In this document: in pieces, positions 8,165-16,982 of the stretch
How positions within the stretch are numbered: the first letter of the stretch is position 1
Layout: each line of letters begins with the position of its first letter
From: an uncultured Planctomycetales bacterium
GTDB taxonomy: Bacteria; Planctomycetota; PLA2; JAEUHO01
Assembly: GCA_964588235.1 (NCBI GenBank)
Contig: CAZPOZ010000001.1
Span: 1 to 50,907 of the forward strand
Direction of reading: 5' to 3'
Length of the DNA stretch: 50,907 bases
Notes under the pieces: model-generated
Told to the model about the DNA's origin: nothing
Seen by the model: only the letters and a program-made list of their open reading frames with translations
The model's database searches: none
Program-made: the position numbers and the translations under genes

Positions 8165-11100
8165 TCACGGCAACCCCCACAGCGACCAGCCCGCCCAGAA
8201 CACCGGGTCGGGTTTGACCCGGCGAACGGCCTCCTGGGCCTCGCGCAGCGCGCGCGCCGCGTCCGCTCCGAGATGCAGGCGCCGGTGGAACTCCGTCATC
8301 AGCGTGGCCGTGGCCTCGTCGTCCACGTCCCAGAGGCTCACGAGCACGCGGGATGCGCCCGCGAACATGAACGCGCGCACGAGACCGATCACGCCCTCTC
8401 CCCGGACGAGCTCGCCCCGCCCTGTGCGGCAGGCCGAGAGGACCACCAGCTCCGCGGGCACGCGCCGGCTCCAGACCTCGCGCACGCTGAGGTAGCCGTC
8501 CTCCTCGCCCCCGGGCATCAGGGCGATCGCCGTCCCCGAGGGCAGGGCGACGTCCACCAGCCCGTGGGCCACGATGTGCAGCACCCGCAGCATCCGGTCC
8601 GGCCCTACGGCCCCCAGCTCCGCCCAGAGCCGACCCTCCGTGGCCTCGGCGCCGCGAACCACCCGGCTGTCGGGAAGGCTCGCGAGCGCCGCGAGCTCTG
8701 CGCCCGCGAAGGCGAGGTTGTTCAGGCTCGGCCCCCCGGCGCGAAGCGCGAGGGCAGGCGGCGGCTCGGCCGCCGGCCTCCCGGTCGCGGCCGCGCGGTA
8801 GTCCGGGTCGCCGAAGCCCAGCACGCCCTGACCCTGGGGGCGCGACTCGGAGCGCAGGAACGCCTGCACCGACGCCGAGGCCACGAAGGCGACGTCCAGC
8901 GCCCGGCCCTCCTCGAGCAGCGCCCGGATCGGGAGGTAGGTCAACTCCGCATCCGGGCTGAAGAGCAGCCGCTCCGTCGCGCCCGTCAGCCCGAGCGGGT
9001 TCCACAAGTGCTCCCGCAGGTACGCGCGCGCCTGGGTCGCCGCCGGGCCCGACAACCGCGGCTGGGACTCGCTCGAGGCTCCCGAGAGCGCCTGCGCGTG
9101 CGTGCGCAGCGCCTGCACCTCGGCAGCCGTGCCCGCCAGCCTCGCGCGACGGGCGCCCTGGCCGTCCACGATCAGCGCCCAGGCCTCTTCGGGTAGCAGC
9201 GCCACCGAGACGAAGGCGTCGCTGGAGCGCAAGCCCAGCGCGTCTCGCAGCTGGGCGAGCAGCGGCCGGAGCGGGCGCAAGCGCTGCTCCTGCCGGGGGT
9301 CGCGGGCGGCTTGGTCCACCGCCGACCAGGCCGCGCGCTCGTCGTCGCAGCACCGTTCGTATCCCTGCCAGGCCTCGTTGAGGGCCCGCCCGTACGCCTG
9401 GAAGGCCGACTCGCCGGCCCGACGCGGAAGCGCGGCCGCCGCCTCGGGCTTCATGGCCTTCAGGGTCACGTACTGACGGTGGGCGCGCTCCTTGCCGGCC
9501 GACGCGCGGTCCAGCGCCGAGGTCAACGCGCGGGGCACCGCGAGCTCGTTGAGCCCGCTCCGTCCGCCGAACGAGTCCAGCAGCGCCATCGAGCGCGACT
9601 CCTCGAGGAACTCGTGGAGCGCCTCCAGCGCCAGCTCGCTCTCGTCGGCCGGCAGCCGGGCCGCTGCGGCGATGCCCACGTCCACCGAGGTGAGCAGCCC
9701 CTCACGCACGCGCGCTCGGAACGTGTCGGGCAGGCCGCTCGTCAGCTGCTCCAGGCGCTCGACGTTGTCGCGAGCGGCATCCAGGGCCGCGCGCACGTTG
9801 CCCTGCGCGAGCTCCAGGCGGGCCTGGGAGGTCCCGACCACGGCCGCGAGCAGGGGCAGCTTGAGATGGCGGGCCGTGGCGGCGGCGCGGGCCAGAGCCC
9901 GGGAAGCCTCCGCATGCTGGCCCAGGGCGGTGTGGAGGGCGCCCAGGGTGTCGAGGGTCGCGACGAGCGCCAGGTTCGGCGCGACCCCGGGCTTTGCGTA
10001 GGGCGCAACCGCCGCGGCGGCCATCGCCAGCCCCTGACGCCAGTGCTTGGCGCGGGCCTCGTCGCCGAGGCGACTGCGCTTGGCCGCGTCCGGCTCTCTC
10101 ACCGCCAGCGCGTGGGCCTCGGCATGGCCTCTCCGCAGCCGTAGCATGGCCAGCGCGTTCAGCGCCGGCGTGACGAAAGACCGCGCCTCCTGGCCTTGGG
10201 ACTCGAAGGCGCGGAGCGCGGCTTGGAGGGCGGCTTCCGCTTCGTCCCACTCGCCGAGGGCGTCCAGCGCCTGGCCTCGAGCCCCCAGCGTGACGGCCCG
10301 GTCCAGCGGGTCTTCCGACTTCTGCGCGAGCTCCAGCGCCTGCTTGAGCTCCTCCAAAGCGGCCCGAGGCTCGCCCAGGAGCAGCAGCAGGTTGCCCTTG
10401 CGACGCGCGAACTCCGCCTCCTGGATCGGCCGTACGCGCGCGTCCTCGCCCGGAGCCCCCGGCGCCCGCAGCCTGCTGAGCGCGGCCTCCGCGTCCGCTC
10501 GCGCCCGCAGCGCCGCGAGGTAGTCGCCGCGCCGCGTCAGGATCGCGAGCAGGTCGCTCAGGCACTGGAACGTGTCGGCCGGGCGGTGGAGCCCTTCATA
10601 GGCCCGCACGGCCTCGCGCAGCCAGCGCTCAGCGCTCGGATCGTCGCCCTGCTGCGAGTGGAAGAGGCCGAGATAACGCTTCACCGTGGCCAGCGACGTC
10701 GGCGCACCATCCTCTGCCGCCAATGGGTAGGCACGCTGGAGGCAGCCGATCCCACGTGAGTACTCACCTGCGTAGTACCACGCCTCCGCGGCGGCGACCC
10801 AGTCTCGCTGGCCTCCGTCGTGCCAGCCCACTTCCATCGCGCTGCGCGCCGCCGCCTCGTGCACGGAGGCCAGCACCCCGGAGTCCGCCTCGTCGCTCAA
10901 CAGCGCGGCGCGCTCGCGCTCCAGGCGGATCCGGAGCACGCAGTCACGGGGCGCCGCGGACAACGCCGGCTCGAGCACCGCCCGCGCGGCGGCGAGCGTG
11001 CTGCCCGCCCGCAGCTCCTGGGCCGTGCGCAGCGCGCCGCGCAGATCGGAGAGGGCGTCCACCGCCACGGGCCGGGCCAAGTAGCTCTCCAGGCGCTCGC

Positions 11101-11419
11101 GCTCCCGACCCTTCGCCGTCGCCGCGACGGCGCGAGCTGCCGTGACCGACCCGAGGGCCAGGCATTCGTCCACGACGATCCAGAGGTCGCTGCCGTCGCC
11201 GGCTGCGAGGAGCGCCGCTGCCTCGAGAGCAGCCCCCTCGGGGGGCGCCGCGGTCAGAGCCTTGACGAACTCGCTTGCGCGCGCTTCCGGGGAGCGCTGC
11301 TCCTGGTCGGCCGGACTCCCGGCCGACGCCTCCGGCGGCTCCTCGCCCACGGCCGCGCGAAGGCCGCCCAGGGCTGCCAGCAGCACGCCGACCAGCAGGG
11401 CCCGCCGAACCACGCCCAT
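8165..11419 (-). CDS. Exported TPR-repeat protein with C-terminal CHAT (caspase-fold, clan CD) peptidase domain
   Basis: 1084-aa ORF. N-terminal signal-like MGVVRRALLVGVLLAALGGLRAAVG, then about 700 aa of TPR-like helical repeats. The C-terminal CHAT region has His LRVLHIVAHG and Cys LVVLSACRTG (Cys codon at 8429-8431), then GLVRAFMFAGASRVLVSLWDVDD. Confidence 0.85.
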   Translation of the reverse strand: MGVVRRALLVGVLLAALGGLRAAVGEEPPEASAGSPADQEQRSPEARASEFVKALTAAPPEGAALEAAALLAAGDGSDLWIVVDECLALGSVTAARAVAATAKGRERERLESYLARPVAVDALSDLRGALRTAQELRAGSTLAAARAVLEPALSAAPRDCVLRIRLERERAALLSDEADSGVLASVHEAAARSAMEVGWHDGGQRDWVAAAEAWYYAGEYSRGIGCLQRAYPLAAEDGAPTSLATVKRYLGLFHSQQGDDPSAERWLREAVRAYEGLHRPADTFQCLSDLLAILTRRGDYLAALRARADAEAALSRLRAPGAPGEDARVRPIQEAEFARRKGNLLLLLGEPRAALEELKQALELAQKSEDPLDRAVTLGARGQALDALGEWDEAEAALQAALRAFESQGQEARSFVTPALNALAMLRLRRGHAEAHALAVREPDAAKRSRLGDEARAKHWRQGLAMAAAAVAPYAKPGVAPNLALVATLDTLGALHTALGQHAEASRALARAAATARHLKLPLLAAVVGTSQARLELAQGNVRAALDAARDNVERLEQLTSGLPDTFRARVREGLLTSVDVGIAAAARLPADESELALEALHEFLEESRSMALLDSFGGRSGLNELAVPRALTSALDRASAGKERAHRQYVTLKAMKPEAAAALPRRAGESAFQAYGRALNEAWQGYERCCDDERAAWSAVDQAARDPRQEQRLRPLRPLLAQLRDALGLRSSDAFVSVALLPEEAWALIVDGQGARRARLAGTAAEVQALRTHAQALSGASSESQPRLSGPAATQARAYLREHLWNPLGLTGATERLLFSPDAELTYLPIRALLEEGRALDVAFVASASVQAFLRSESRPQGQGVLGFGDPDYRAAATGRPAAEPPPALALRAGGPSLNNLAFAGAELAALASLPDSRVVRGAEATEGRLWAELGAVGPDRMLRVLHIVAHGLVDVALPSGTAIALMPGGEEDGYLSVREVWSRRVPAELVVLSACRTGRGELVRGEGVIGLVRAFMFAGASRVLVSLWDVDDEATATLMTEFHRRLHLGADAARALREAQEAVRRVKPDPVFWAGWSLWGLP

Positions 11420-11476
11420 GGGGCGATCTCCGACCGTCTAGGTGTTCCTACGGTGTGAACCAGTGGAGCGGGCAGC

Positions 11477-13612
11477 CTAACGTGGCCGATCCGCGCTCGC
11501 CGGGGGGCCCGAGATGCGGTCGAGCCACGCGGGCAGCGTGCCCGTGCCCTCCCCCCCCTCGAGGTCCTCGGCCGCCCAGGTGCGGCTCAGCTCGAGGCGG
11601 TCGAGGCAGTGACCGACCAGGGAGCCCGCCAGGGCGGGGCAGCCACGCTCGGCGGCCGCCGCACCCAGCTCGGCCAGCGCCGCCGTAGCCAGGTCGGCCT
11701 CCAACAGGGCCAGCGCCCGCAGCAGCCGCCACTCCGCGCCCCGCTCGCCGGGCAGGAGGGCCTCCAAGCGCAGCAGCGGTTCCGCTGCAGCCTCCGCCGC
11801 GACCACCGTGAGGGAGGCCTGCTCGGCCGGGGCCCCCTCGTCCGCGCCGCCGGCTGCGGCCTCCGCCGATGGCACGAAGGCCACCGTGAGCCCCGTGCCC
11901 GGCGTCAGCGAGGCCAGGGTCGAGGCCCCGAGCTCGAAGCGGCCGAAGGTCTGCTGCTCCGTCGGGTTCAGCGCCGCCTGCGCCAGCACCTCGGCGCCGC
12001 GGCGCAGCTCGAGCCGGCCCCCCGGCCGGTAGGCCTCCGGGTCCACCTCGACCCACCACCGGCCGAGGTCCTGCGGGCGGACCGTCCCCCGCGGGGCCAG
12101 CACGCGCACGCTGGGGCTGCCCCTGGGCGGTGCCCGGACCCCCGAGGCCTCGCGCAGCGCGATCCTCGACGTGTCCAGGCGCGCATCGCGCGCGAGCCCG
12201 AGGAGCCAGGCCAGCTGCTGACGGGGCGTCGCTCCGGGATCGGGCCGCAGCGGCGGCATCAGGACCTCGCGCTCGGCCGCCGGGCTCAGCTCGACGTCCT
12301 TCACCAGGACCTCGAGCCCCTCGCGCCGCAGCTCCACCCGGTGCCGGCCTGCGCCCAGACGCACCGCGACGGGCGCTGTGCCGTGGTTCTGCCCGTCGAT
12401 CCACACCTGCGCGTCCGCGGGCAGCGTCCACGGGATCGTCAACGTCGCCGGCCGGGTCGTCCACCAGGCGCCGACCCCGACCACGACCACCCCCGCCGCC
12501 GCCAGCGGGACCCAGCGCCGGCGCGCCCAGCGGGCCGCGCGCACCAGACGCGGGACCGGGCGCCCCAGCACCTCGCGGCCCTCCGCGAAGGCGCGCAGAT
12601 CGTCGGCCATCGCCGCCGCCGTCGCGTAGCGGTCGGCCGGGTCCTTCTCCAACGCCTTGAGCGCGATGCGCGCCAACGGCGCGGGCACGTCGTGGCCGTG
12701 GACGCCCGGCGGCACGGGCCGCTGCGCCACGATCAGGCTCACCAGCTGCGGCCAGGCGTCGGTCAGGAACGGCACCCGGCCCGCCAGGCACTCGTACAGC
12801 ACCGCCCCGAGCCCGTACACGTCGGAGCGCGCGTCGATCGCGTCCTGCCGGCCCAGCACCTGCTCGGGCGACATGTAGGCGGGCGTGCCCACCATGGCCC
12901 CCGTCCGCGTCAGGGTCGCCGCTTCGGGCGTGCGCGCCAGGCCGAAGTCGGCCAGCACCAGGCGCCCGTCCTCGCGCATCAGGAGGTTGGCCGGCTTCAC
13001 GTCCCGATGCACCGTGCCGGCTGCGTGCAGCGCCTGCAACGCGTCGGCCACCCCCGCCAGCGCCCGCGCCAGCTCCCCCCGCGGCGGCAGGCGCTTCTCG
13101 GAAATCAGGCGCGAGAGCGGCGCGCCCTTGACCAGGTCCATGGCGTAGCAGGCCCGGCCCTCGAACACGCCGTGCCCGTGCACCGCCACGATGCAGTCGT
13201 GCCGCACCCGCGCGCAGGCGCTCGCCTCGCGCTGGAACCGCGCCAGCGCCTGCGCGTCGTCCTCCAAGGACAGCCGCAATACCTTGAGGGCCACCGTGCG
13301 CCCCAGCGCCCGCTCGACGGCCTCGTAGACCACCCCCGCGCCGCCTCGGCCCACCTCGCGCACCAGGGTGTAGGGACCGAAGGGCCGCGGCAGCTCCAGC
13401 GGCCCGGGAAGCTCGTCGCCCAGCGCCTCGTCCAGCATCGCCTCCGCCGTGAGCACCTCGTCGAGCTCCGCGTAGCGCGGCCCCAGCCGCGCCCGGAACT
13501 CCGCCAGGTCCACCGGTTCCCCGGCGGCCTGCCGGCGGTGGATCTCCTCCAGCGCGTCGGCCAGGTCCGAAGGATCGGGCTCGTCCGGCGGGGGGGCGGC
13601 GATGAGGTTCAT
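11477..13612 (-). CDS. Ser/Thr protein kinase, single TM, extracytoplasmic PEGA-like domain plus uncharacterised C-terminal region
   Basis: 711-aa ORF. Hanks kinase motifs are present: GRGGAGVVYEA, VALKVL, HRDVKPANLL, DFGLAR, GTPAYMSPEQ. TM segment WVPLAAAGVVVVGVGAWW is followed by LTIPWTLPADAQVWIDGQNHGTAPVAVRLGAGRHRVEL (PEGA-like). Confidence 0.9.
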   Translation of the reverse strand: MNLIAAPPPDEPDPSDLADALEEIHRRQAAGEPVDLAEFRARLGPRYAELDEVLTAEAMLDEALGDELPGPLELPRPFGPYTLVREVGRGGAGVVYEAVERALGRTVALKVLRLSLEDDAQALARFQREASACARVRHDCIVAVHGHGVFEGRACYAMDLVKGAPLSRLISEKRLPPRGELARALAGVADALQALHAAGTVHRDVKPANLLMREDGRLVLADFGLARTPEAATLTRTGAMVGTPAYMSPEQVLGRQDAIDARSDVYGLGAVLYECLAGRVPFLTDAWPQLVSLIVAQRPVPPGVHGHDVPAPLARIALKALEKDPADRYATAAAMADDLRAFAEGREVLGRPVPRLVRAARWARRRWVPLAAAGVVVVGVGAWWTTRPATLTIPWTLPADAQVWIDGQNHGTAPVAVRLGAGRHRVELRREGLEVLVKDVELSPAAEREVLMPPLRPDPGATPRQQLAWLLGLARDARLDTSRIALREASGVRAPPRGSPSVRVLAPRGTVRPQDLGRWWVEVDPEAYRPGGRLELRRGAEVLAQAALNPTEQQTFGRFELGASTLASLTPGTGLTVAFVPSAEAAAGGADEGAPAEQASLTVVAAEAAAEPLLRLEALLPGERGAEWRLLRALALLEADLATAALAELGAAAAERGCPALAGSLVGHCLDRLELSRTWAAEDLEGGEGTGTLPAWLDRISGPPASADRPR

Positions 13613-13641
13613 GGGGCTGCCGACGAAGGGGGAATCCGGGC

Positions 13642-14220
13642 TCAGGCGTTACGCGGGGGCACGGGCGGGGTCGAGACCCCGAGCAGCCTGCGCAACGCCC
13701 GGAGCGCGCGGAAGCAGCGCACGCGCACGGCTCCCGGGGACACGCCCCACAGCTCGGCCAGCTCCGCCGTCGAGCGCTCCTCGAGCTTCAGCAAGGCGAT
13801 CGCCTCCCGGTCGGCGTCCGAGAGCAGCGCCATCGCGGCCATCACCTGGGCCAGCCGCTCGTTGCGCTCCGCCCGCGCCGACGGCGAGGTCTGGCTGAAG
13901 GGCGCCGGCACCGGCAGCTGCCGCTTGAGCGCTCCGTCGTGGTCGGCCAGCTCGGCGATGCAGGAGCGGCCGATGCGGAACACCCAGGCCAGGAACGAGG
14001 CCAGCGCGTCGCCTCGGAACTCCTGGCTCCGGCGGGAGAGCTCGAGCAGCACCTGCTGCGCCACGTCCTCGGGCTCGTAGCGGGCCCGCAGCGCCGGGCC
14101 CAGGCGGGCCGAGGCCCAGAGCACGAGGCGGTTGCGCAGGCGTTCGAGCAGGACGCCCAGCGCCCGCTCGTCACCGGAGCGCCAGCGCGCGAACTCGTCC
14201 GCCGTGCTGCCGGGGGCCAT
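13642..14220 (-). CDS. ECF-type RNA polymerase sigma factor (sigma-70 regions 2 and 4)
   Basis: In-frame ATG at 14220 (MAPGSTADEFARWRSGDERALGVLLERL...). Region 2 reads EPEDVAQQVLLEL...FLAWVFRIGRSCI. Region 4 HTH reads LSDADREAIALLKLEERSTAELAELWGVSPGAVRVRCFRALRALR. The rest of track ORF 13642..15423 is junk. It ends 29 nt upstream of the kinase start. Confidence 0.88.
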   Translation of the reverse strand: MAPGSTADEFARWRSGDERALGVLLERLRNRLVLWASARLGPALRARYEPEDVAQQVLLELSRRSQEFRGDALASFLAWVFRIGRSCIAELADHDGALKRQLPVPAPFSQTSPSARAERNERLAQVMAAMALLSDADREAIALLKLEERSTAELAELWGVSPGAVRVRCFRALRALRRLLGVSTPPVPPRNA

Positions 14221-14277
14221 GGCCGGGGATTCTACGGTTGCGCGCCGCCCGCCGCCCCCGCGCCTACGCTGGGGGCC

Positions 14278-15237
14278 ATGTCGTGCCCCGCCGCCCCTCG
14301 CACTCCCTCCGCCGGCCTCCGGCCGATCCTGCTCCTGCTCGCGGGGCTGGCGGCGCCCTCCCCGTGGCCCTGTGCGCCCGACCCGGTGCGGGCCGACCCG
14401 CTGCCTGCCGACCCCGTGGAGCGCGCGCTCGAGGTGGAGGGCGTCCCCCGCTCCTACCTGATCAGCGTCCCCGCCGCCTGGGACCGGACGAGCCCCGTTC
14501 CGGTGCTGTTCGTGTTCCACGGGGCCGGCAGCGACGCCGAGAACATGGTGCGCGCCACGGGGTTCGACGCGCTCGCCGAGCGCACGCCGATGCTCGTCGT
14601 CTACCCGCGCGCCCCCGCCCGCACGCGGCGCTACGACGTCGATCCGCCCCCCGGCCGGGTCTCCGCCGACCTGCGCTTCGTGGACCGGCTGCTCGAGCGC
14701 CTGGGGGCCCGCTTCCCGATCGACCGGCGCCGCGTGTTCGCCACCGGCTTCTCCAACGGCGCCGCCCTGTGCTACCGGCTCGCCGCCGAACGCTCCCACG
14801 TGTTCGCCGCGGTGGCGCCCGTGGCGGGCTACCTCCCGTCGGGGCTCTCGAGCCCGCCGGAGGCGCCCGTGCCCCTGCTGCACGTGCACGGCAGCGCCGA
14901 CCGCCGCGTCCCCTTCCCCACGCCGACCTCGTCGGGGGGCGCTCCGGGGGCGCTCCCGCTCTGGGCTCGCTGGAACGGCTGCACGCGGGGACCCGAGCCG
15001 GGGCCCGTGGCCGTGGAGGGGGCGCTCAGGCTCCAGCGGACCACGTGGAGCGGGCCGACGCCCCGCTCCGACACGGCGTTGCTGCGCCTGGAGGGCCAGG
15101 ACCACGTCTGGGCCGGAGGTCCCGGGGGCGTCGTCTCCCGTGCCGTCCTCGAGTTCCTCTTCGCCCACCCCCGGCCCGAGCCCGCTCCGGCGAGCGAGCC
15201 GCCCGCCGGCCCGGCGGCGCCCCCCCAGGCGCGGTAG
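14278..15237 (+). CDS. Secreted alpha/beta-hydrolase, PHB-depolymerase/LpqC-like esterase family
   Basis: ATG at 14278, in frame with track ORF 13939..15237. Signal-like LRPILLLLAGLAAPSP, then VPVLFVFHGAGSDAENM and the nucleophile elbow GFSNGAALCY. Confidence 0.75.
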   Translation: MSCPAAPRTPSAGLRPILLLLAGLAAPSPWPCAPDPVRADPLPADPVERALEVEGVPRSYLISVPAAWDRTSPVPVLFVFHGAGSDAENMVRATGFDALAERTPMLVVYPRAPARTRRYDVDPPPGRVSADLRFVDRLLERLGARFPIDRRRVFATGFSNGAALCYRLAAERSHVFAAVAPVAGYLPSGLSSPPEAPVPLLHVHGSADRRVPFPTPTSSGGAPGALPLWARWNGCTRGPEPGPVAVEGALRLQRTTWSGPTPRSDTALLRLEGQDHVWAGGPGGVVSRAVLEFLFAHPRPEPAPASEPPAGPAAPPQAR

Positions 15238-15281
15238 GCTCGCCGCCCGCACGCTCCACAGGGTCGTCGCGGGAGGCTCGC

Positions 15282-16925
15282 ATGCGCCGAGGGTCCTCGT
15301 GGGGGCTCGTCCCGCTCGTGGCGCCGCTGCTGCTGGCGCTGCCGACCGGCGGCGGCCGGACGACCGGCCCGCGCGCGGCCGAGGCCAAGAGCGGCAAGCC
15401 CTCGCGCCCGCCGGGCAAGCCACCGCCCGCCGCGCCCGCGCTGCCGGTGGTCGCGGGCGAGCTGGGCCGCCGGATCGACGCGGCGCTGGCCGAGGCCCTG
15501 CCCCCGACGACCTGGGGCCTGGTCCTGGTCGCGCGCGAGGGCGAGCTGGTCTTCGCCCGCGGGTACGGCGCGGCCGACTACGCCTCGCGCCCGATCGACC
15601 TGAGCACGCACTTCGAGCTGGCCTCGGCCAGCAAGCAGGTCACGGCCACCGCGATCCTGCGGCTCGAGCAGCAGGGGCGGCTCCGCCGCAGCGATCCGCT
15701 GGCGAAGCTGCTCCGGGGCGTGCCCGCCGACAAGGCCCGCGTCACCGTGCAGCACCTGCTCAACCACACGGCCGGCCTGGACCCGGGGCTGGGCGTGCCC
15801 TACGCCTCCACGATCGGCCGTCCGGCGTACTTGCGCGCCATGCTGGAGCCGCCGCTGGCCGCCGAGCCGGGCGCGGCCTTCTCGTACTCGAACGTGGGCT
15901 ACGCCCTCCTGGCCGCCGTCGTGGAGGAGGTCTCCGGCAAGGCCTTCGAGGACTACGTGCAGCGCGAGCTGTTCGCGCCCGCCGGGCTCACCGACTCGGG
16001 CTTCGTCAACGACGGGCGGTTGGAGGCGCTGGGCCGCGCGGCCGTCCGGCGGGGCGAGGAGCCCGGCTCCTGGACGGCGGCCCGCTGGCACTACGGCTGG
16101 GGCTACCGCGGCATGGGCGGCGTGGTGACCACGGGCCTGGATCTGCTGGCCTGGGACCGCGCGTTGCGCGGCGACGCCGTGCTCGGGGCTGCGGCGCGCC
16201 AGCAGCTGCACGCGCCGGCCCTGGAGGGCTACGCCGCGGGCTGGAAGGTCGAGACGACCGATCGCGGCACCCTGCGCGCTCACCACTCCGGCGGCGTCAT
16301 GGGCTTCCGCTGCCAGCTGAGCCGCTGGCCCGACGAGGACGCCTTCCTGGCGGTGCTCACCAACGGCGAGGGCGACCCGTTCCTGGCCGAGCGCGTGATC
16401 CTGCCCCTGCTCTTCCCGCCCGCGCGCCTGGAGGCCACGCTCGAGGCCGGCCCTCTGCCCCTGGACGGCAACGGAGCCGTGATCGCCCGCGCCGACGTGC
16501 GCGTGACGCTCTCCCGCGAACGAGGGGGGTTCGGGCTCGAGGTCGCGGTCGGCCGCCACGCGCTGGCGCGGCTCGCGCTCACGGGGGGCCACCTGGCGCG
16601 GCTCGCCGAGGGCCTGGCGCAGGCCTTGGCCGGCCGGCCTGAGGGTGACGGCCCGGCCGACGTCGAGGCCGGCCTCTACCTGGGACCCTACGGGCGCGTG
16701 GCCCGCCAGCAACTGACCGAGCAGCTCTCCCTGGACGTGCGCAGCCGGTACGAGGGCGTCGGTGCCGACGGGCGGGCGGTGGTGGACGAGCGCACGCTGA
16801 TCGTCCTCGTGGACGGCCGGCGGGGGGCCTGGCCCCTGATGCTCAAGCTCGACGCGGGCACGGCGCGCAGCCTCTTGGCCCGGGCGCGGGACCTGCTGCC
16901 CGCCGCGCCGGCCGCCCCGCGCTGA
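15282..16925 (+). CDS. Secreted serine hydrolase of the beta-lactamase/PBP (class C-like) family with C-terminal extra domain
   Basis: ATG at 15282 with GGGAGG at 15271-15276. Signal-like MRRGSSWGLVPLVAPLLLALP. It has the SxxK motif (ELASASKQVTA) and the YxN motif (FSYSNVGYALL). Confidence 0.85.
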   Translation: MRRGSSWGLVPLVAPLLLALPTGGGRTTGPRAAEAKSGKPSRPPGKPPPAAPALPVVAGELGRRIDAALAEALPPTTWGLVLVAREGELVFARGYGAADYASRPIDLSTHFELASASKQVTATAILRLEQQGRLRRSDPLAKLLRGVPADKARVTVQHLLNHTAGLDPGLGVPYASTIGRPAYLRAMLEPPLAAEPGAAFSYSNVGYALLAAVVEEVSGKAFEDYVQRELFAPAGLTDSGFVNDGRLEALGRAAVRRGEEPGSWTAARWHYGWGYRGMGGVVTTGLDLLAWDRALRGDAVLGAAARQQLHAPALEGYAAGWKVETTDRGTLRAHHSGGVMGFRCQLSRWPDEDAFLAVLTNGEGDPFLAERVILPLLFPPARLEATLEAGPLPLDGNGAVIARADVRVTLSRERGGFGLEVAVGRHALARLALTGGHLARLAEGLAQALAGRPEGDGPADVEAGLYLGPYGRVARQQLTEQLSLDVRSRYEGVGADGRAVVDERTLIVLVDGRRGAWPLMLKLDAGTARSLLARARDLLPAAPAAPR

Positions 16926-16982
16926 CGGGGCGGCGCCAGGAGGCGGCGCCCATGGGCGGCGCGACCGACGGCGGGTCGAGCC

